Virus record (IMG/VR): IMGVR_UViG_3300021197_001180
Coordinates: 768-64,767 of that record
From: a virus
Lineage: Duplodnaviria; Caudoviricetes
DNA length: 64,000 bases
Strand: one strand, 5' to 3'
In this document: piece by piece, positions 60,040-64,000 of the stretch
Layout: every line of letters begins with the position of its first letter
Position numbering within the stretch: the first letter of the stretch is position 1
Translations under genes and position numbers: made by a program
The notes under the pieces: model-generated
The model's input: only the letters and a program-made list of their open reading frames with translations
Databases searched by the model: none
Told to the model about the DNA's origin: nothing

Positions 60040-60988
60040 TACGTCTCTCCATTCCACGTTGTGTCAATCTCTCTGTGTCTATGGTAGCCAACAGATTATT
60101 GAATGGTTGATGGTTTGTTGGAGGACTTACAGATCTTTCGGTCAATGAATGAACAAAGTCCTGAGCTGAACGGATACCTTTAAGGATATCATCTTCCACA
60201 CCACCATAACTAAGGATACCTTTGTAACCACCTAAGACTTCAGTGAATATAGAATCAATACCCATATCTTCTTTAGTCTGTAGGACATTCAAAGGTGTTA
60301 TGTTGTCACGCTCCATACAGTAAGCTTTAATTGACAGCAAAATATTTATCCAACGAATGATACTATTTTTATTAGCAGTACCTTCATGCATTCTAAACTC
60401 CAATGAACCATAACGTGGAACAGAGGATAGGTTAATACCTGCATACTTGGTAGCACTAGCAGTCCAAGCCTGACTGATAGCATTGTTACGACTATTCGTA
60501 GTACTATCAGCCTTATAGACCTTAGTGATTCTGTTAATCAAGTCTTGACAATCTAACAGAGACCAACAGAAATGATTGTTAGATCTATGCTCAGCCACAT
60601 ACTTGTACAACACTGGCTCAAACATTGCAGATAAGGTAATGAATGCCATCATCTGATTGAATGTCATGTCTCTGATATCAACGTGAACATGAACCGAAGT
60701 CCTTTCACTAAAGGCATTGTCTAAACTCTGACGCCCTTTGATAACATCAATCTCACATAAGGCCAAGAACAATTCATCCTGACACTTAGGTTTCTTTAAG
60801 ACAATCTCATAACCAGAGATAGACCCTTCACTTACACGATTCCAATGTGTTAGATTGGCTACAGCTTGTGAGCTAACCCCTTCCATCTCAATCTCTAAAC
60901 CCACAAAGGATTCAGATACAAAGATAGAACCACCCAGCGCACTAGGATGTGTCGGTGATGCCATACCTAATATACTATGCATATCCAT
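60032..60988 (-). CDS. Putative amidoligase
   Basis: VGLEIE, EGS, RTSVHVHVD, FE, KY..IN, GSLEFR. Confidence 0.85.
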   Translation of the reverse strand: MDMHSILGMASPTHPSALGGSIFVSESFVGLEIEMEGVSSQAVANLTHWNRVSEGSISGYEIVLKKPKCQDELFLALCEIDVIKGRQSLDNAFSERTSVHVHVDIRDMTFNQMMAFITLSAMFEPVLYKYVAEHRSNNHFCWSLLDCQDLINRITKVYKADSTTNSRNNAISQAWTASATKYAGINLSSVPRYGSLEFRMHEGTANKNSIIRWINILLSIKAYCMERDNITPLNVLQTKEDMGIDSIFTEVLGGYKGILSYGGVEDDILKGIRSAQDFVHSLTERSVSPPTNHQPFNNLLATIDTERLTQRGMERRNA

Positions 60989-61640
60989 GGCTTAACTCCT
61001 CTAAGATTTCAGTTAAGTATTCGTACTGCTCAAACAATACAGGTAAAGTTTCAGGTACTAAGCCCACTAACTTAGTCTTATAATACACAGCCACACCATA
61101 CTGAGGATGATTAGCTAAGGCAAACTTCTTACAGAATGCAATAGAGATAGCATCCCCTGAGACTATAGAACCTAAAGCCCTTGAGTATGTAGGGTAATGA
61201 TTATTAAACATGTTAGATAAAGTACTATGCTTACCTTGACGTGAGCTTGTGTCAATAGAAGTACTGAAGTAACGTGACTGTTCCTTACAGATGACATCAC
61301 GTTTAATGATATCAAAACTTAAGGAACGTTTAACTTGACGGCTTGCTCTGCCTTCATGCCATAAAGCCACAGTCTTTCGGGTTGCTCTACACTCTAGATT
61401 TCCCATCCCTAATTCTGGACGTTCAATTACTAGACGTGGATCATTCATCCTCACAGACTCATGGTTACCATTAAGTACATTACTATACTCTAAGGTAGGG
61501 TTACTTGAATCACCACCTACACCTTCAATATAGATAGGCTGGATGATACCTAATGAATCACGAAGACCCATGTAAGTACCACGATGACGCATCGAAGCAT
61601 CCCCTGAAGACCTAAAGCGTTGACGGAAATCTCTAGACAT
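60975..61640 (-). CDS. Conserved protein of the phage amidoligase operon
   Basis: P.LG..N, RQ.KR.L, AF...FA, YYK...VG pattern; coupled to neighbours. Confidence 0.7.
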   Translation of the reverse strand: MSRDFRQRFRSSGDASMRHRGTYMGLRDSLGIIQPIYIEGVGGDSSNPTLEYSNVLNGNHESVRMNDPRLVIERPELGMGNLECRATRKTVALWHEGRASRQVKRSLSFDIIKRDVICKEQSRYFSTSIDTSSRQGKHSTLSNMFNNHYPTYSRALGSIVSGDAISIAFCKKFALANHPQYGVAVYYKTKLVGLVPETLPVLFEQYEYLTEILEELSHGYA

Positions 61641-62451
61641 TTGGCACCTCATCTAATTGATATTGATCCATAAGATCCAAGGCATACTGTTGATCTGACA
61701 TATCAATAGTGTTAGCTACTGCATCATTCTCAATCCGTAAGCCCCCAAGGAAAGCTCGTAAAGCTTCAGCTGTTTGAGTATACACCCAACGCATTGTATC
61801 CTCTGACTTTAACCAGAAGTTACTAAGCACTCGGTACTCAAGGCCGTAAGGTTTAACACGTAAAGCACCAGCCTTACCATATAGTTCACGACGCTTGGCA
61901 TCAGAGTCTAAAAGAAGAGAAGGTACACCTAAGTATAGGTCAAGTACCTTAGTCAGTTCACAACAAACATTGATATAGTCTGGATTGTCGATGTCCTGAT
62001 TCTCTGTCCATCCAATGTGCACATGCCCTGCCGCTGTCCTGAAGGGTACTTCAGCATCCGGCTTAGGGTTATCTTTACCTGTATAGGCATTGAGATCTGA
62101 GGAACAACCAAGTTCTTTGGCTTGCTCAGGTTGCTTGTCGATGTATTCCTTACCGAAGTTAGCAGTAGGAATTACAGACAGCGTTACACCATTTGGAAGT
62201 TGACCCACTAATTGCTTCATCACTGAGGTAATCTTCTCTACGAAGTCTTCCTCTGATTGAGCAGGGTCAATGTTAAACTCTAATGCCATCCCATCTACTT
62301 GGATTGCACCATCCTTGACAGGATAAGGGTTATCTTTATCTCCCTTAACCATGCCATATGCTGAACACAATACACCACGTCGGGATGCAAAGACTTCAGG
62401 GTCAGCACCAACCTGAAGATTTAATTCATTACCGTCAACTGAAATTTTCAT
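61633..62451 (-). CDS. phiEco32-like COOH-NH2 ligase type 2
   Basis: VGADPEVF, QVDGMALEFN, ELGC, RTAAGHVHIG, RRELYGKAG, KPYGLEYRVLSNFW. Confidence 0.92.
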   Translation of the reverse strand: MKISVDGNELNLQVGADPEVFASRRGVLCSAYGMVKGDKDNPYPVKDGAIQVDGMALEFNIDPAQSEEDFVEKITSVMKQLVGQLPNGVTLSVIPTANFGKEYIDKQPEQAKELGCSSDLNAYTGKDNPKPDAEVPFRTAAGHVHIGWTENQDIDNPDYINVCCELTKVLDLYLGVPSLLLDSDAKRRELYGKAGALRVKPYGLEYRVLSNFWLKSEDTMRWVYTQTAEALRAFLGGLRIENDAVANTIDMSDQQYALDLMDQYQLDEVPNV

Positions 62452-62452
62452 A

Positions 62453-62680
62453 TCAATAACTCATGTTTGCTAGGTGAAAATGACAAGGCCCACATAGATA
62501 CCGAGTATCATTGAGCCAATAAATATCTGAGGCTTTCGAGGCATCATTCGCGGGTTCACAACACTGATCACATCCCTCATCTACTAAGTCTAACCAGACT
62601 TTATAAGGTAGTTGATCGTCATTGGGCCCGATAACTGTGAGATTATCAGACCCGTCTACTTTGAACCCATAGTTCCTTGA
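62453..62680 (-). CDS. Zn-ribbon C-terminal segment of the GATase, in the -1 frame
   Basis: ...GPNDDQLPYKVWLDLVDEGCDQC...IYWLNDTRYLCGPC; no start or SD of its own. Confidence 0.6.
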   Translation of the reverse strand, partial: SRNYGFKVDGSDNLTVIGPNDDQLPYKVWLDLVDEGCDQCCEPANDASKASDIYWLNDTRYLCGPCHFHLANMSY

Positions 62681-64000
62681 GCAAAGTCATCCCAAGGCAT
62701 GTTGTATGTCACTGTACCAAGAGTAACAAACAAATTAACTATGTTGTTTATCTTCTTGATGTAAGAGATAGTGTAACGATGGTTACTTGGAACACCAATC
62801 TTACTACCTAAGAACACTGCCGTACCGCCTTCAGCTACAACTGAATCATCTTTAAGATGTACAACCTTCTCATCTTTCTTCAGGTTTGCCGCTGTATCTT
62901 TAGGTACTTGATCCATCTGCCATTCATAATCATCAAGCTTCGCCTTCCTAAGGTTCATCTTAGATAATATAACAGAGAATTCACCCATTTTATCATCATC
63001 AAAGTCTTGGTCTGCTTTAAGATCTTTAGGAGCTTCAAAGCCTACGATGTATGAAGAGATCATACCATTGGTAAGACGTACAGTCTCATCAAATTCCTTT
63101 TGAGTAACACCATGTACTATAGTATTACAGTAAGGGTAATCCATTGAGATACCTTGAGCCTGACCATGCTGACTACCATCTTGATAAGGTTTCCATTCAG
63201 TCAAGAATGTACCAACCCTTTCATCTAATAGCATAGCACCTGGGTCGATGTCGATAAGACCTATAAACTCACGGATCACATCGTTATCTTTACCTTTAGC
63301 ATTAATGACTTTAGCTGTGGCTGCCTTCAGTTCTTCTTCCTTAGTAGGGCCGAAACTGTATTCAGTAACCTTTTCCTTAGCGGCAGTTGTGGTTGTACTG
63401 GTGCTGGAAGTAGAGCTAGCTGACCTCCTGTTATACCCATAGGTGGTAGCAGGTGCGGTATAGAGTTCTACTTCTTTCATTTCTAATTTAGATAAGTCAA
63501 TACCTACATTAGTAATTGGGACTGAAAGCCATTGGCCTACAGGTAACTCAAAGATCTCATCGTAATCTATAGGACTACGAGTAAATGTATCACGATTAAG
63601 TGACCACACTAACATATCCATCTCACTAGCCCAATACATCTTGTTGGTCTTAGTGTTCATAGCTATCGCCATTGGACGCTGAGAGTTCCTTACGAAGTTC
63701 AAAGTATCAGTGTTTGAATCAACCCACACTAAAGTAAATGCACCTTTAAGTTTCTTGATCACAGTTTCAGGATCATTAAGTTCTAAAGATCTACAGATAG
63801 CTTCACTATCTACTGTGTAGTTCTCACCTGTTGGAGTTAAGTCACCCCAAGAAGTTAAAGAACCATTGTGAACCATAGAGATATGACCATGTTCAAAAGG
63901 GTGAGCATTCTTATGTTCAGTTGCTGCACCTTTAGTTGCATGGCGGTTATGTCCTATAGACACAGTGTTCTGTAAGAAACCTACTAGTTCCTGCTGGACT
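62656..64000 (-). CDS. Ntn-type glutamine amidotransferase (class II), 5'-truncated at the window edge
   Basis: IGHNRHAT, NAHPF, VHNGSL, VDSE, GAFTLVW, RN..RP, WASE; frame open to 64000. Confidence 0.9.
   Translation of the reverse strand, partial: VQQELVGFLQNTVSIGHNRHATKGAATEHKNAHPFEHGHISMVHNGSLTSWGDLTPTGENYTVDSEAICRSLELNDPETVIKKLKGAFTLVWVDSNTDTLNFVRNSQRPMAIAMNTKTNKMYWASEMDMLVWSLNRDTFTRSPIDYDEIFELPVGQWLSVPITNVGIDLSKLEMKEVELYTAPATTYGYNRRSASSTSSTSTTTTAAKEKVTEYSFGPTKEEELKAATAKVINAKGKDNDVIREFIGLIDIDPGAMLLDERVGTFLTEWKPYQDGSQHGQAQGISMDYPYCNTIVHGVTQKEFDETVRLTNGMISSYIVGFEAPKDLKADQDFDDDKMGEFSVILSKMNLRKAKLDDYEWQMDQVPKDTAANLKKDEKVVHLKDDSVVAEGGTAVFLGSKIGVPSNHRYTISYIKKINNIVNLFVTLGTVTYNMPWDDFAQGTMGSK

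Noticed and set aside
1-64000. Stop-codon reassignment (alternative genetic code)
   Set aside because: Core genes are intact under the standard code, TAA, TAG and TGA all end genes, and no suppressor tRNA is seen. The small ORFs change frame at each junction, so they are not one read-through protein.
1-64000. Prophage, lysogeny module or phage-encoded single-subunit RNA polymerase
   Set aside because: No integrase, repressor, host genes or T7-type RNA polymerase in the window; promoters are sigma70-type.

Overview
This window is most of a lytic podovirus genome, apparently circularly permuted, with the organisation of the phiEco32/LUZ24/RIO-1 class. The host is probably a Gram-negative gammaproteobacterium (inferred). 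A non-coding zone at about 9.3-10.9 kb holds divergent sigma70 promoters, boxA sites and CCTAAGG repeats, and probably contains the genome ends. Early genes run leftward (small membrane proteins, SPFH protein, metallophosphoesterase, tRNA-Arg plus a cluster of structured RNAs). The late arm runs rightward from 10.9 to 40.6 kb (ECF-like sigma, terminase, portal, scaffold, capsid, tail, ejection proteins, holins). A middle arm runs leftward from 64 to 40.7 kb (GATase, COOH-NH2 ligase, amidoligase, ATP-grasp, SSB, primase-helicase, PolA, exonuclease, endonuclease, ThyX, lysozyme, NrdAB, glutaredoxin) and meets the late arm at a bidirectional terminator. The most unusual signals are: (1) 16 dissimilar 49-67 aa genes in three tandem arrays that all end in EELI-stop, with the Leu encoded by all six codons; (2) systematic ATA/ATT/ATC/CTG starts behind strong Shine-Dalgarno sites, including DNA polymerase, nrdA, nrdB and terminase; (3) a tRNA-like CCA-ending element and a family of stem-bracketed small RNAs; (4) an outer-membrane beta-barrel gene flanked by an exact 22-bp direct repeat; (5) a -1 frameshift separating the GATase from its Zn-ribbon tail. 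All calls come from reading the sequence; no database searches were run.
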